NCBI GenBank assembly: GCA_030141605.1
Contig: JAQGDQ010001107.1
Coordinates: 1-62,198 of the forward strand
Source of the DNA: Tubiluchus corallicola
Lineage: Eukaryota; Animalia; Priapulida
Reading direction: 5' to 3'
Length of the DNA: 62,198 nt
Of this stretch, positions 1 to 12,254 are shown in pieces. Both the position numbers and the translations under genes were made by a program. The number at the start of each line of letters is the position of its first letter. Position 1 is the first letter of the stretch. Below the pieces are notes generated by a model, which had not been told where the DNA came from, did not search any database, and saw only the letters and a list, made by a program, of their open reading frames with translations.

Positions 1-330
<330 letters not shown>

Positions 331-508
331 CTTTATTTAAAGTCGGCTTTTTGGTCAATAATTAACATTAGCTCAAAGAGCTATTATCGCCGACTGTAAA
401 TAACAACCTACAACTACATAACAGAGACTATTATTACCCCACTTTTACCCTAAATACCACGCGTCAGGCAGGGCAACAGCAGCTACCATTTTTAAAGTCT
501 TTGGTCTA
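331..508 (-). mobile_element. 5'-truncated SINE-like 3' end with AATAAA and (ATT)n tail (mirror copy ~5943-6120, +)
   Basis: The mirror copy reads ACCAAAGACTTTAAAAATGGTAGCTGCTGTTGCCCTGCCTGACGC...AATAAAG(ATT)n. The core resembles, from memory, the conserved domain of metazoan tRNA-derived SINEs (MetaSINE-like); not database-checked. Confidence 0.45.
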
Positions 509-699
509 AACAACTAAATAATAACTAAATAGACAAATCTAAATAATTTGAAAAACGTTTTTGTTTAATACAAAGGGGAAGAAAAGAGGATTTTTAAAAT
601 CCGCACAAAATTTTGATGTTTAGCATCACGCTAACCTGTCTTAAGCGCATGCGCAACTAGAAAAGAAAATTCTTAATAAGTTAAAAGGTGAAACGGAAC

Positions 700-1027
700 T
701 GCATTGCTATCCCAGTTTGCATTGCTATCCCAGTGTGCATTGTTATCCCAGTGTGCATTGCTATCCCAGTGTGCATTGCTATCCCAGTTTGCATTGCTAT
801 CCCAGTGTACATTGCTATCCCAGTGTGCATTGCTATCCCAGTGTGCATTGCTATCCCAGTGTACATTGCTATCCCAGTGTGCATTGCTATCCCAGTGTGC
901 ATTGCTATCCCAGTGTGCATTGTTATCCCAGTTTGCATTTCTATCCCAGTGTGCATTGCTATCTCAGCGTGCATTGCTATCCCAGTGTGCATTGCTATCC
1001 CAGTGTGCATTGCTATCCCAGTGTGCA
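700..1027. repeat. 18-bp minisatellite TGCATTGCTATCCCAGTG, ~18 copies
   Basis: Direct reading; explains the MHTGIA/CIAIPV pseudo-ORFs. Confidence 0.97.
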
Positions 1028-1674
1028 CCACTCATTCAACAAAAACGAATTATTCATGTTTTTGACAATGTAAAATAATTTAAATTGTTGCTTAGTTAAT
1101 AAAGAGTGCTACAAATACGGATGCTTTGATTATTTTTTCAAACTTTTCGTAATAATATCTAAATTTGTTTCAATCGACTTGCCGTTACAAGTTGTATATA
1201 ACGTTACTGTTAACGCGAGCTCACTATGCAATAAGACAACATGTAAGTGATATCAAATTTCAAGACTATTTTTAAGTTTTATTCATAAAGAGCGTTAATA
1301 TTACGACAATAATTTTTTGTTTGATTTCTATTCTACGTGAAGAACACGATCAATTTGTAAAAAATAAAATAAACCCGCCTCGTCACGTTTGCCCATATTT
1401 TTCTACAGAAAATTCCACTTGAGACCAGCCTTTAAAAGCAGCTACAATGTTTGTGAAAAGAGGCGAATATCTTAGCGTGGTTTGACGCGACACGTTCTAT
1501 AAGGTAAACTGTTCTCTCAACACGGTGTTTTGATTGTATGGTCAATACACTTTGACGATTTACTACTTAGACTACATGTTCATGAATAACAGACTATGTA
1601 ATATAAGCACATTTGTGAGGTCTTGATTTTTACTATATAGAGTTATTTTTATAGTTTATAGCTATTGTCATGCA

Positions 1675-2295
1675 ACTGCTGATGCTGTAGTTACTATTGT
1701 TGTTGTTGATGTTGCTGCTGCTGTTATGGCCTTTTCGTCTGTTGTTCTTTCCTCTTCTGTTACTTCTGCTGTTACAGCTTCTTCTTCTGTTGCTTTGCTG
1801 TTGGTGTTCCTTCTTTTGTAGCTGCTGCTGTTGTTGTTGTTGTTGTTGTAACTGCCATTGCTGCTGCGGTTGCCGCTTTCTGCCTGTTGCTCCTTCTCTT
1901 TTGTTACTGCTGCTGTTGCTGCTGCTTCTGCTGTTTTTGCTGTTGGTGTTTCTAATTTTGTAGCTGCTGCTGCTGTTGTTGTTGTTGCTGTTGTTGCTGC
2001 TTTCCTGTCTGTCGCTCCTCTTCTGTTACTACTGCTGTTGCTGCTGCTTCTGCTGTTTTTGCTGTTGGTGTTTCTAATTTTGTAGCTGCTGCTGCTGTTG
2101 TTGTTGTTGCTGTTGTTGCTGCTTTTTCGTCTGTTGCTCCTCTTCTGTTACTACTGCTGTTGCTGCTGCTTCTTCTGTTGTTTTTGCTGTTGGTGTTTCT
2201 AATTCTGTAGCCGTTGTTCTAGTTGTTGCTGCTACTGTCGTTGTAGTTGCCGTTACTGTTGCTGTTGCTGCTGCTGCTGTTGTTGCTGGTGCTAT
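1675..2295. repeat. Low-complexity (GCT/GTT)n region with imperfect ~120-bp duplications
   Basis: Direct reading; block GCTGTTGGTGTTTCTAATT recurs three times. Confidence 0.85.
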
Positions 2296-3326
2296 TCCTT
2301 ATTATGAATTATATTATTTATTAACAAAAGACTTATCTGTATGATGTGTTGAACACTGGGAATCGTTTATACTTATTTATAACAAGCTTCTATGAATAAT
2401 TGCTTTGCCAGAGTAATGAGGGGGGGGAGTGGTAAAAACGTATTAACACAATAAGCTAATAAAAACCTGAAACATCTCTGATAAGTAGTTAAGAAGTAAA
2501 AGAGGAAATTTAATGATTTGTACCCCTGCGGTTATGTCACAAGGGAAGAACATGGACAATCATTTACTAAATATACCCCATCAAGCAGTAGCACGAGGCG
2601 TGGGTGGTGATAGCTGTCATATCGCTTTTTCAGACGATCCTCATTTCGCCACAGGAAGTCTTGGCGGGCGTGGCATATCCGTTAAACGCGTGGCAGGCGA
2701 GACGCACCGTCAAAAGTTGTTATTGTTAAACGAAGTTATTCATTCTTTCCCATTATTATTCATTGTTATTCATTCTTTCTCATTGTTATTGTGCTGTTAT
2801 TGTTGCTGCAGCGAATTAGTAAAATTGAAGGTTTGGAAAAAGATAAAAACCCTAATAGGTATGAAGTTTTTTTATTTAAATTAAACATTGTTACAGTCAG
2901 AACAAAGCGATATTGAGTCACCCCCCCCCCCAAGAAAATAGTATCAAGATTCAGGAAAGATGCAAAAAGATTGACGTGATGGATTTTCAATAATCAATAA
3001 GAGAAAATAAAGGATTTAAAATTAAAATTAATGGTAAGAATATTTCACTTGCGACTCAACAATAGCTAAAGTAACATTGTTTGTTGCTGGGTATGAAGCT
3101 TCGAGGCTCCAGGTTCAAATCATAGCAAAGGGTGTCTTTTGTCGTTTCGTTTCCATACCAACCATCAGTTCTAAACATTATTACTTCTTTCACGGGTGAA
3201 AGATTCACAACTTTAATTTTAAGTAACGAACGTTAATTAGTTAATTAAATAACTATATTCATTAATCGTTAGTGAAGGTTATTATGAAAAAGTATACATT
3301 ACAATGAACTAGAGCATTAGAACCCA

Positions 3327-4769
3327 TAATTCTTATACAACCTGGCTATTGGCAAAGCCAACGGTCACTCAAATTAAATAAAAGATTAGTGTTAGAGAAG
3401 TCACATTAATTCTGCTGTAATATTCCACTAGAGGCAGAAGATATATATTATCGTATTTCTTGAATGAAATGATCTCGTAGTTTTAAGGCACACATTTTTC
3501 TGGTACAGAATTTCACAGATAAGAAGACCGAGAGAAAAAAGTGAATTTATGAGCGTCTGTGCTGCTTATAGATACATATTTAAGGGAAATTGAAGAAATC
3601 TCGAAGTTTGTTTATGAAATTTCGGCAGTAAGTAAGCTTTTTAATCAAAATCACATTGTATTGTGTATTTTATTATAACAGGAAAACTAAAAGCTTTTTT
3701 TCTTAAAAAATCCTCTGTATGATAAAGTTTATCACATTTTAGTTACGAACATTTTTAAATCTTCCTTTATATATTCCCTGACGACCATTCCTACTGGGAA
3801 GTAGAAACATTGGATTTTCCTAATAAAAATGTGACAAAATTTATTAAACAGTGGATTGTTTATGAAAAGGATATTTGATCTTGTTGCAAACACTGAAATA
3901 AGCCTGACCTACTAGAAGGGTTGACTTTTCCTTTAAGTCACTGACTTTAACCAGAACGGATAATTGTAAAATTATCTATATCTGTGAACTGTGATTGATT
4001 AAAATAAAACTAAAAATAAACAAACTTCGAGATTTCTTCAATTTCCCTTAAATATGTATCTATAAGCAGCACAGACGCTTATAAATTCACTTTTTTCTCT
4101 CGGTCTTCTTATCTGTGAAATTCTGTACCAGAAAATTGTGTCGCTTAAAACTACGAGATCATTTCATTCAAGAAATACGATAATATATATATCTTCTACC
4201 TCTAGTGGAATATTACAGTAGAATTAACCCTTTCGTACTCGTTGTATCCCGTGGGATACGAGAATATTTTCTGCCTTTAAAGTTAATAAAATTTTAAAAC
4301 TGACAGTTATTTGCTCTGTTAATAGTTATTTTGATTTAAGCCAATAACAATAGACTAAAAATGGTGATAAAATGGCAAACTAGAAAATCTACATAGCATA
4401 AAAAACTGCGCAAGGTACAGTACTTTAGAGACGACTTTGTACAGATCAGCATAGCATGCATACTAAATGTCTTAAATACTTTAAAAAATTATCAGCAGTT
4501 GCAAAATGAAGCAAATTTTATGCTTCCGTTGAATCCCAATGTATCCCGTGGGATACAGGCTATATTTAGCACGCGGGCACAGGTAGAAAAAAATAATTAT
4601 TATGTGTAAACAAGATGGACATACTGAACAAAAGTACCAAGCCAAAAAATTTTTTCTTATTAAAAAATAATTTGGGACTGAAAGGGTTAATGTGAATTCT
4701 CTAACACTAACCCTTTCCTTAATTTGAGTGACCGTTGGCTTTGCCAATAGGCAGATTGCATGGGAATTA
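3327..4769. mobile_element. Foldback/MITE-like element with ~290-bp inverted arms (3327-3615 vs 4016-4227 + 4691-4769)
   Basis: CTATTGGCAAAGCCAACGGTCAC (3346) mirrors GTGACCGTTGGCTTTGCCAATAG (4750). The arms match across ~290 bp once the piggyBac insert is removed. No TSD recognised. Confidence 0.7.
4228..4686 (+). mobile_element. piggyBac-like MITE, 459 bp
   Basis: TTAA|CCCTTTC...GAAAGGG|TTAA. The empty single-TTAA site is visible in the opposite inverted arm (~3406). A near-identical copy lies at 27203-27661. Confidence 0.92.
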
Positions 4770-4801
4770 AACGGATCAAAGTACATTATAAGTATAATTA
4801 T

Positions 4802-6120
4802 ATAACTCTATATAGTAAAAATCAAGACCTCACAAATGTGCTTATATTACATAGTCTGTTATTCATGAACATGTAGTCTAAGTAGTAAATCGTCAAAGTG
4901 TATTGACCATACAATCAAAACACCGTGTTGAGAGAACAGTTTACCTTATAGAACGTGTCGCGTCAAACCACGCTAAGATATTCGCCTCTTTTCACAAACA
5001 TTGTAGCTGCTTTTAAAGGCTGGTCTCAAGTGGAATTTTCTGTAGAAAAATATGGGCAAACGTGACGAGGCGGGTTTATTTTATTTTTTACAAATTGATC
5101 GTGTTCTTCACGTAGAATAGAAATCAAACAAAAAATTATTGCCGTATATTAACGCTCTTTATGAATAAAACTTAAAAATAGTCTTGAAATTTGATATCAC
5201 TTACATGTTGTCTTATTGCATAGTGAGCTCGCGTTAACAGTAACGTTATATACAACTTGTAACGGCAAGTCGATTGAAACAAATTTAGATATTATTACGA
5301 AAAGTTTGAAAAAATAATCAAAGCGTTCGTATCTGTAGCACTCTTCGCTAACTAAGCAACAATTTAAATTATTTTAGATTGTCAAAAACATGAATAATTC
5401 GTTTTTGTTGAATGAGTGGTGCACACTGGGATAGCAATGCACACTGGGATAGCAATGCACACTGGGATAGCAATGCACGCTGAGATAGCAATGCACACTG
5501 GGATAGAAATGCAAACTGGGATAACAATGCACACTGGGATAGCAATGCACACTGGGATAGCAATGCACACTGGGATAGCAATGTACACTGGGATAGCAAT
5601 GCACACTGGGATAGCAATGCACACTGGGATAGCAATGTACACTGGGATAGCAATGCAAACTGGGATAGCAATGCACACTGGGATAGCAATGCACACTGGG
5701 ATAACAATGCACACTGGGATAGCAATGCAAACTGGGATAGCAATGCAGTTCCGTTTCACCTTTTAACTTATTAAGAATTTTCTTTTCTAGTTGCGCATGC
5801 GCTTAAGACAGGTTAGCGTGATGCTAAACATCAAAATTTTGTGCGGATTTTAAAAATCCTCTTTTCTTCCCCTTTGTATTAAACAAAAACGTTTTTCCAA
5901 ATTATTTAGATTTGTCTAATTTAGATTATTATTTAGATTATTTAGACCAAAGACTTTAAAAATGGTAGCTGCTGTTGCCCTGCCTGACGCGTAGTATTTA
6001 GGGTAAAAGTGGGGTGATAATAGTCTCTGTTATGTAGTTGTAGGTTGTTATTTACAGTCGGCGATAATAGCTCTTTGAGCTAATGTTAATTGTTGACACA
6101 AAAGCCGACTTTAAATAAAG

Positions 6121-6194
<74 letters not shown>

Positions 6195-6327
6195 CATTAT
6201 CATTATCATTATCATTATCATTATCATTATCATTATCATTATCATTATCATTATCATTATCATTATCATTATCATTATCATTATCATTATCATTATCATT
6301 ATCATGATCATTATCATTATCATTATC

Positions 6328-6362
<35 letters not shown>

Positions 6363-6365
6363 ATT
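4802..6365. repeat. Right arm of the long inverted duplication (18-bp array at 5420-5747; (ATT)n/(ATCATT)n at 6121-6365)
   Basis: Reverse complement of 1-1646. Confidence 0.95.
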
Positions 6366-7165
6366 ATCAAAACTGAATTTATTCCTGGCCGGTTTCGAAC
6401 AAAACTCTTCATTATCAAGGCATCTAAAACGAAGAAATTTACCAGAATTTATGAACAACATCGTAATAAAATTCAGTAGTTAGATAGCCAAAAGATATAC
6501 GAAATACCCTGATATGCATTTTGTAAGTGTTGTTTTGTGGTACTGAAATACAGCTTCCTCATCTGCAATGTAGGGCATACGGATAAACCAGGAACTAGTT
6601 TGTTACAGGAGCATTCCAGTAAAAACCACCTGTGATTGTGCTCTTTTGAGAGTTTCCTATCTGATTTCATAACATATTTGTATACAGGTCTGAACTAACG
6701 GCTCAGACGTTTTCGCTTTCTATCGTTTTGGTCAAAATTCAATTTCTAAAAATGGTGTCCTAATAAATGCGCTTAAACTTTTTATCAGGAAATCTAGTAA
6801 AATAAAATTATTAGCAATTAAAATACTTAATCAAGTTACATTTTTTGTAACACAAGTAAGACATGATGAAGTGGTCATGCCTTGTTACATTTCACTGCAC
6901 CTGTTTTAAATAATTATTTGTAACTTTGTTGTAAAAATATTATTTTGTTCTGCCCATAGATTCTTATAGAACTGGTTTTCTTTAAAAGAGATTCTTCTGA
7001 TTGAAAAGTTTATTTTGATTTTTTATTAAACAGGAGTCGTGTTCCAGTGGGTGTTATATAAATCCATATATTATGTGGTAAAGTAACTAAAAAAAGTTTA
7101 TATCTTTTAGTTTATTTGTTCATTGTTCAGTGCTTTTAGTGAATAGTATTACATTAATACATACA

Positions 7166-7975
7166 TCTATACTCTTATATTAATATTCTTGGTATATATA
7201 TTTATTTATTTATATATATATAAGATTCGAGGCTACAGCCCGGACGAGGGCACCATTTGCGGCGATCTATACATCAAACAAAAGGTCTCGATCTAGTGTC
7301 GTGCCATTGGGGGTTTATTTTTCGAATCGGGCCCACCGGGAAGAGGGGCGGGCGAAAAACCTCCAAAAATGGCCCTTTTTCGGCCGTTTTTTGCAAAAGT
7401 TATACGGCTGAGATGTAGAGAACGGGAACGGGCCGAGGGGGGTGCTGGGCATGGATAGATAGCCCGTTCAGCGGTGGGTGTAGTAGGCATATTTAGAATT
7501 CGCGAGAGGGCCAGGGCGCCCCGCAACGGGCGTTTTCCCGGACCCAACTCGCGATTTTTTCGAAATTTTGACCAAACAGCATGCGGAAAAAACGTTCTAG
7601 CGTCGCCTGGTGGGACTCTCGGAAGGAGATATACGGCTCATCAGAAAGAGGAAGGACAGGGCTACACGATGATGTGGGCTATATGTTAGGGCAGGTCCAC
7701 CGAGAGGAGTATCAACGAGTTAATTGGGAGTTCTATTTTCGGCAATTTTCACTTAGAAAACTGCTGACGCAAAGGCATTGTTGTGACATCATCCATTGTA
7801 CTCTACTCTGCTTATAACTTTAATTCAGCAAAAAGCTACAGGCTTTGCGTTAGTTAAACAAACAGTAGGCATGATGTTACGGGCTTTGTGTTATAAATGA
7901 GGACTAGGTAGGATGTTCGCGTATTATTGATTACACGTGTTTTTTACGCAAAATCTTTTGCGGGGCCTTTGCTAG
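7166..7975 (+). mobile_element. Non-autonomous Helitron-like element, copy 1
   Basis: A|TCTATAC 5' start; hairpin CGCAAAA-TC-TTTTGCG at 7947-7962, nine nt before the terminal CTAG (7972-7975); no TSD. Confidence 0.65.
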
Positions 7976-8647
7976 TCTATATATTAATTCTACTGGTATG
8001 GGATTAACATATTTATATGTATATAAGATTCGAGGCTACAGCCCGGACGAGGGCACCATTTGCGGCGATCTAGAACGAAAGGTCTCGATCTAGTGTCTTC
8101 TCATTGATGGTTTATTTTTCGAATTGGGCCCACCGGGAGGAACGGAAGGCAAAAAACCTCCAAAAATGGCCATTTTTTGCAAAAGTTATACGCCTGAGAT
8201 GTGGAGAACGGGAATAGGTCATGGGTGGTGCTGGTCAATTAATTAATTCATTACACTAATTAAGAAGTGCTAAGCTAGTCGCACAAGAGATTATTTGCAG
8301 CTAAAGGCTCGTGCACATTACTGACATTAGTGGCTTTTTGTTCAAACGTTCGTATTCAAATAAAATACTAACTAGGCCTAGGTCGTGGTCATCCAACTTT
8401 GGGCGGAACAACATTTTAATGACTAACCGGCGATTTTAGTTGGCCGTGGAAACAGTTCTTGACGCAAGTGTATTACGTAAGTAAAATGTTTCAACGATTT
8501 ACAATCGATAATGTTAGTTTGGAATCTTTAACACTGACGATTTTTTACTAAAAGAATGGAAGTTGTTACCATATGGCTTTGATTCATTCTAGTAACTGCA
8601 AAAAAGCACGTTTGAACGACGACTGCGACACGCGTGTTTTGGGCTAG
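7976..8647 (+). mobile_element. Helitron-like element, copy 2, head-to-tail with copy 1
   Basis: Starts TCTATA immediately after the CTAG; ~8020-8235 repeats ~7217-7450. A candidate 3' end is palindrome ACACGCGTGT followed by CTAG|T at 8644-8648 (end uncertain). Confidence 0.5.
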
Positions 8648-8764
8648 TTGACACAGAAGTTGCATGGGTACATGTGGTACATTTACGATTTTAGTTGAAT
8701 GGCGACAAAAGTTACGTGACCTTGACACACATATTCAGTTTTGGTGAATGCCGAGTTTCATCTC

Positions 8765-8805
8765 TTCTTTCTTTCTTTTTTTCTTTCTTTCTTTCTTTCT
8801 TCTTT

Positions 8806-8881
<76 letters not shown>

Positions 8882-8992
8882 TGTTCTTTTTCTCTCCCTC
8901 TCTACTCTCTCTCTTTCTTTCTCTCTTTGCATCTCTGTCTTTGCCGTCTCTTTCTTTTTACACCTTTCCCTTTTTACCTGTTCTCTCCCCAC

Positions 8993-9076
<84 letters not shown>
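8765..9076. repeat. (CTTT)n and (CT)n microsatellites
   Basis: Direct reading. Confidence 0.95.
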
Positions 9077-9079
<3 letters not shown>

Positions 9080-9598
9080 CTACATTCTCAGCTTCTTTCT
9101 CGGTCTCTTTTTTCGGTTTTGATTCAAGATACAATTATTCGTGCTATTTTAATGTGGAAAGACAATCAATTGAAAAGAAAATACTAGAGAAATTAAACTT
9201 TTGCAATATTGTAAACCAGTTCGTCTAAGCGATCCTAAAACAATGCGACACAATGAAAATGCTGCAAAAACAATTCAGTTCCTCAGAATGCAACAATGTC
9301 ACGTGAAACACAGTTTTCATTTCTTAGTTCTATTTCTAATTCGTCTGCCTTGAGCAGGAGTTTTCCTTTAGCCTATACGATAACGAGCTCTCCGTGCTTA
9401 CGTAATAGTGCCATTTTAATAGGAATCATTTTTAACAATGAAGTTACGCTTCCATTGATAATAATAGAACATAAACTTGTTGTGTTTGAAATAGTCTTCC
9501 TACGCTGACTGAGAATTGTTCACTTTTTAAAAACTTTTTGAACAAATATTGGTTAAAGTATTCCAACATACGGTCGGCACACTAAAAATGCTAACAAA

Positions 9599-10498
9599 AT
9601 GGTTAAAGATAGACTGGATGAACTAAAGACCGCGCGTACTCAACAGGGTCTTAGCAATGACACTGCTATGCAAATGGACGAAACCAGAGGGCCAACGGTC
9701 ATCACAAAATTTTTGGAAGAGGTAAGCATAATTCGCCGCAGTCTACAAGAAGCAAAAAACAAAGTAGAAGAAATGAAAGACCTCCATACAAAAATTCTCG
9801 TTGCACCAAAGCAGTTAGATGAGGATAAGGAACATCTGGAACAATGCATGAACCAAGTGAGAAGATATGGCACCAAGGTCAGGGCAGGTTTACAGCAAAT
9901 GCAAGAAAACACTGACTTCTTGCAAGAAACTAAACAAGCTTCACAAGCAGAGCTAAGAATGCGTATTACCCAACATTCCTCTCTCTCCTACAAGCTGATG
10001 GAAGTCATGCAAGAATTTAATGCTGAACAATCCGACTACAGCGACAGGTGTAAACAACGGATACAAAGACAACTGGAAATTGCCACGGGAAAAGTTCACA
10101 CGATGAGTAAAATAGAAGAAATGTTGGATTCTGGAAATCCGCAAGTGTTTGGCCACGAGGTGGCGATGGTGCAGTCGGGAAACGCCGATGCAATGCGGAG
10201 ATTGGCTGACATCGAAGCTAGACATGCGGACATTATGAAGTTGGAGCAGAGTATCAAAGAGTTGCATTCCCTATTCATGGACATGGCAATGATGGTGGAA
10301 AGTCAAGGCGAAATGTTAGACAGAATTGAATTCAACGTTGACAAGGCAGTTGGTTTTGTAGCTGTCGCTGTCGAACAGCTACAAGTTGCTCACGAATACC
10401 AGAAGAAATATAGGAAAAAACAGTTGATGCTGGTTGTGTGTATAGTGATAGGTGTTTCCATATGTTTGATAATCGTCTTGTCTTTGTCACCTGTATAA
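9599..10498 (+). CDS. STX1: Syntaxin-1-like plasma-membrane Qa-SNARE, single coding exon, 299 aa
   Basis: N-peptide MVKDRLDEL; Habc region (RMRITQHSSLS, QSDYSDRCKQRIQRQLEI); SNARE motif LADIEARHADIMKLEQSIKELHSLFMDMAMMVESQGEMLDRIEFNV with zero-layer Q; basic YQKKYRKK; C-terminal TM helix. Exact orthology (STX1 vs a paralog) is uncertain. Confidence 0.9.
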   Translation: MVKDRLDELKTARTQQGLSNDTAMQMDETRGPTVITKFLEEVSIIRRSLQEAKNKVEEMKDLHTKILVAPKQLDEDKEHLEQCMNQVRRYGTKVRAGLQQMQENTDFLQETKQASQAELRMRITQHSSLSYKLMEVMQEFNAEQSDYSDRCKQRIQRQLEIATGKVHTMSKIEEMLDSGNPQVFGHEVAMVQSGNADAMRRLADIEARHADIMKLEQSIKELHSLFMDMAMMVESQGEMLDRIEFNVDKAVGFVAVAVEQLQVAHEYQKKYRKKQLMLVVCIVIGVSICLIIVLSLSPV

Positions 10499-10685
10499 TC
10501 ATCTGGTTTATATGAGTGTTGCTCTTGCTGACTTGCTACATCAACGAGGAGCAAAAACTAGGAGATATTTGACTCATTTTAGTTCTCCTGCTCCGTTTCG
10601 TCATAGAATCATTATTCCCAAGTATCAAACACTGCAGATATGAAGTTTTGAACGTTCTCTTTCGTCTGGCTTTGCCTCCCTGTTA

Positions 10686-10699
10686 GTTGCCATGGTAAC
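10686..10699. promoter_or_regulatory. Consensus RFX X-box GTTGCCATGGTAAC
   Basis: Matches GTNRCC-N2-RGYAAC exactly; target gene unknown. Confidence 0.35.
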
Positions 10700-11076
10700 A
10701 AACGCGAGTGTGAACAGATTTTTGTCGCACGAACAGATGAAGAAGACAATAGAATAGGCTGTTATGATCACGGTAGTTCTAGAATCGTTCCCGGTATAAG
10801 ATGAGCTCTTCTCTTTTGAAAAGCTCGTACGTCTGAGGAGGAGGTTGACAGTGTTCCTGCCCCGCTGAAGTAGTTTGCAGAGGTATAGATGCTTGTTCTA
10901 AACTTACAAAAGTGGGAATGGTTGCACGAGTGAGATTTAACATGAATTTGTACTGCTGCCTGCAGAAACCGGTCAAACCAGGGAGGTTGAAAAACATCGT
11001 TTATCTATCAATGCGTTTAAAATAACTACTAACAATGACGAGTAGTTAGCTCAAGTTGTTAAGCGGAGAAGTTGCC

Positions 11077-11568
11077 ACACGAGTATGACGTCACCGTCTT
11101 TACACGAGTATGACGTCACACTTTTTACACGAGTGTGACGTCACAGTCTTTACACGAGTGTGACGTCACGGTCTTTACACGAGTATGACGTCACGGTCTC
11201 TACATGTGTATGATGATACAGTCTTTATGTGAGTATGACGTCACAGTCTCTACACGAGTATGACGCCACAGTCTTTACACGTGTATGACGTCACAGTCTT
11301 TAAACGAGTGTGACGTCACAGTCTCTACATGTGTACGATGCCACAGTCTTTATGTGAGTATGACGTCACAGTCTCTGCATGTGTACGATGCCACAGTCTT
11401 TATGCGGGTGTGACGTCAAAGTCTGTACAGGAGTATGACGTCACAGTCTTTACACGTGTATGACGTCACGGTTTTTATACGAGTATGATGTCACTGTCTC
11501 TACATGTGTATGATGCCACTGTCTTTATGTGAGCATGACGTCACAGTCTCTACGCGAGTATGACGTCA
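11077..11568. repeat. 25-bp minisatellite (ACACGAGTATGACGTCACAGTCTTT), ~20 units, 14 with a perfect TGACGTCA
   Basis: Direct reading and count. Confidence 0.93.
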
Positions 11569-11986
11569 GAAAATGACGGCACTTGTTTGGTTTGTGCGCC
11601 AGATAATCCAGCTGGACTCGACCATCAGTTGAGAGTGAGCTGTCTGCAAGTGTGGACAAAACACGTTGCAACCAGAAGGAGTTTTCTAACCCATGTAGTT
11701 GCATTTTTGTTAGTGTTCTTTGGTTCTTCCGTAAACTGCAAAATTCAAAAATCAATACTAACTTATGTTAAAGACAAACATAAGTCTCTATGTACTTGTG
11801 TGTGTAGCATATAGTGTGAATAAAGCTCATGATTTTCATGTGTTTTATAATATCTAGAAATGTATAGAATTTTTAGGCTTATATATTTAAAAAATATATA
11901 AAAAACACCTCATTCTATGGAAACTAATGATTTTGTTGTATTGTGTTGTAACTTCAGTGAAGAAAATCTTCGCTTTAACATTTTAA

Positions 11987-12254
11987 CCCTTTCAGTCCCA
12001 AGTATTTAAGACATTTAGTATGCATGCTATGCTGATCTGTACAAAGTCGTCTCTAAACTACTGTACCTTGCACAGTTTTTTGTGCTATGTAGATTTTCTA
12101 GTTTGCCATTTTATCACCATTTTTATTCTGTTTGTTATTGGCTTAAATCAAAATAACTCTTAACAGATCAAATAACTGCCAATTTTAAAATTTTATTAAT
12201 GTTAAAAGCAGAAAATATTCTCGTATCCCACGGGATACAACGGGTATGAAAGGG
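11987..12254 (-). mobile_element. Internally deleted copy of the piggyBac-like MITE, 268 bp
   Basis: TTAA|CCCTTTCAGTCCC...GAAAGGG|TTAA; reverse complement of 4228-~4482 joined to the last ~15 bp of the full element. Confidence 0.9.

Noticed and set aside
681-1078. Long ORFs over the 18-, 26- and 35-bp arrays (also 5369-5766, 16852-17966, 29130-30254)
   Set aside because: Open in several frames only because the repeat unit lacks stops; no domain or gene structure.
2513-2884. 123-aa ORF with a GC-richer core in the inverted-repeat spacer
   Set aside because: No recognisable transposase or other domain and no convincing splice partners.
8695-9228. Poly-SL/FL, TYLP, REEKR and FVCL ORFs (also 13281, 14906, 18543, 60774)
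   Set aside because: Translations of microsatellites.
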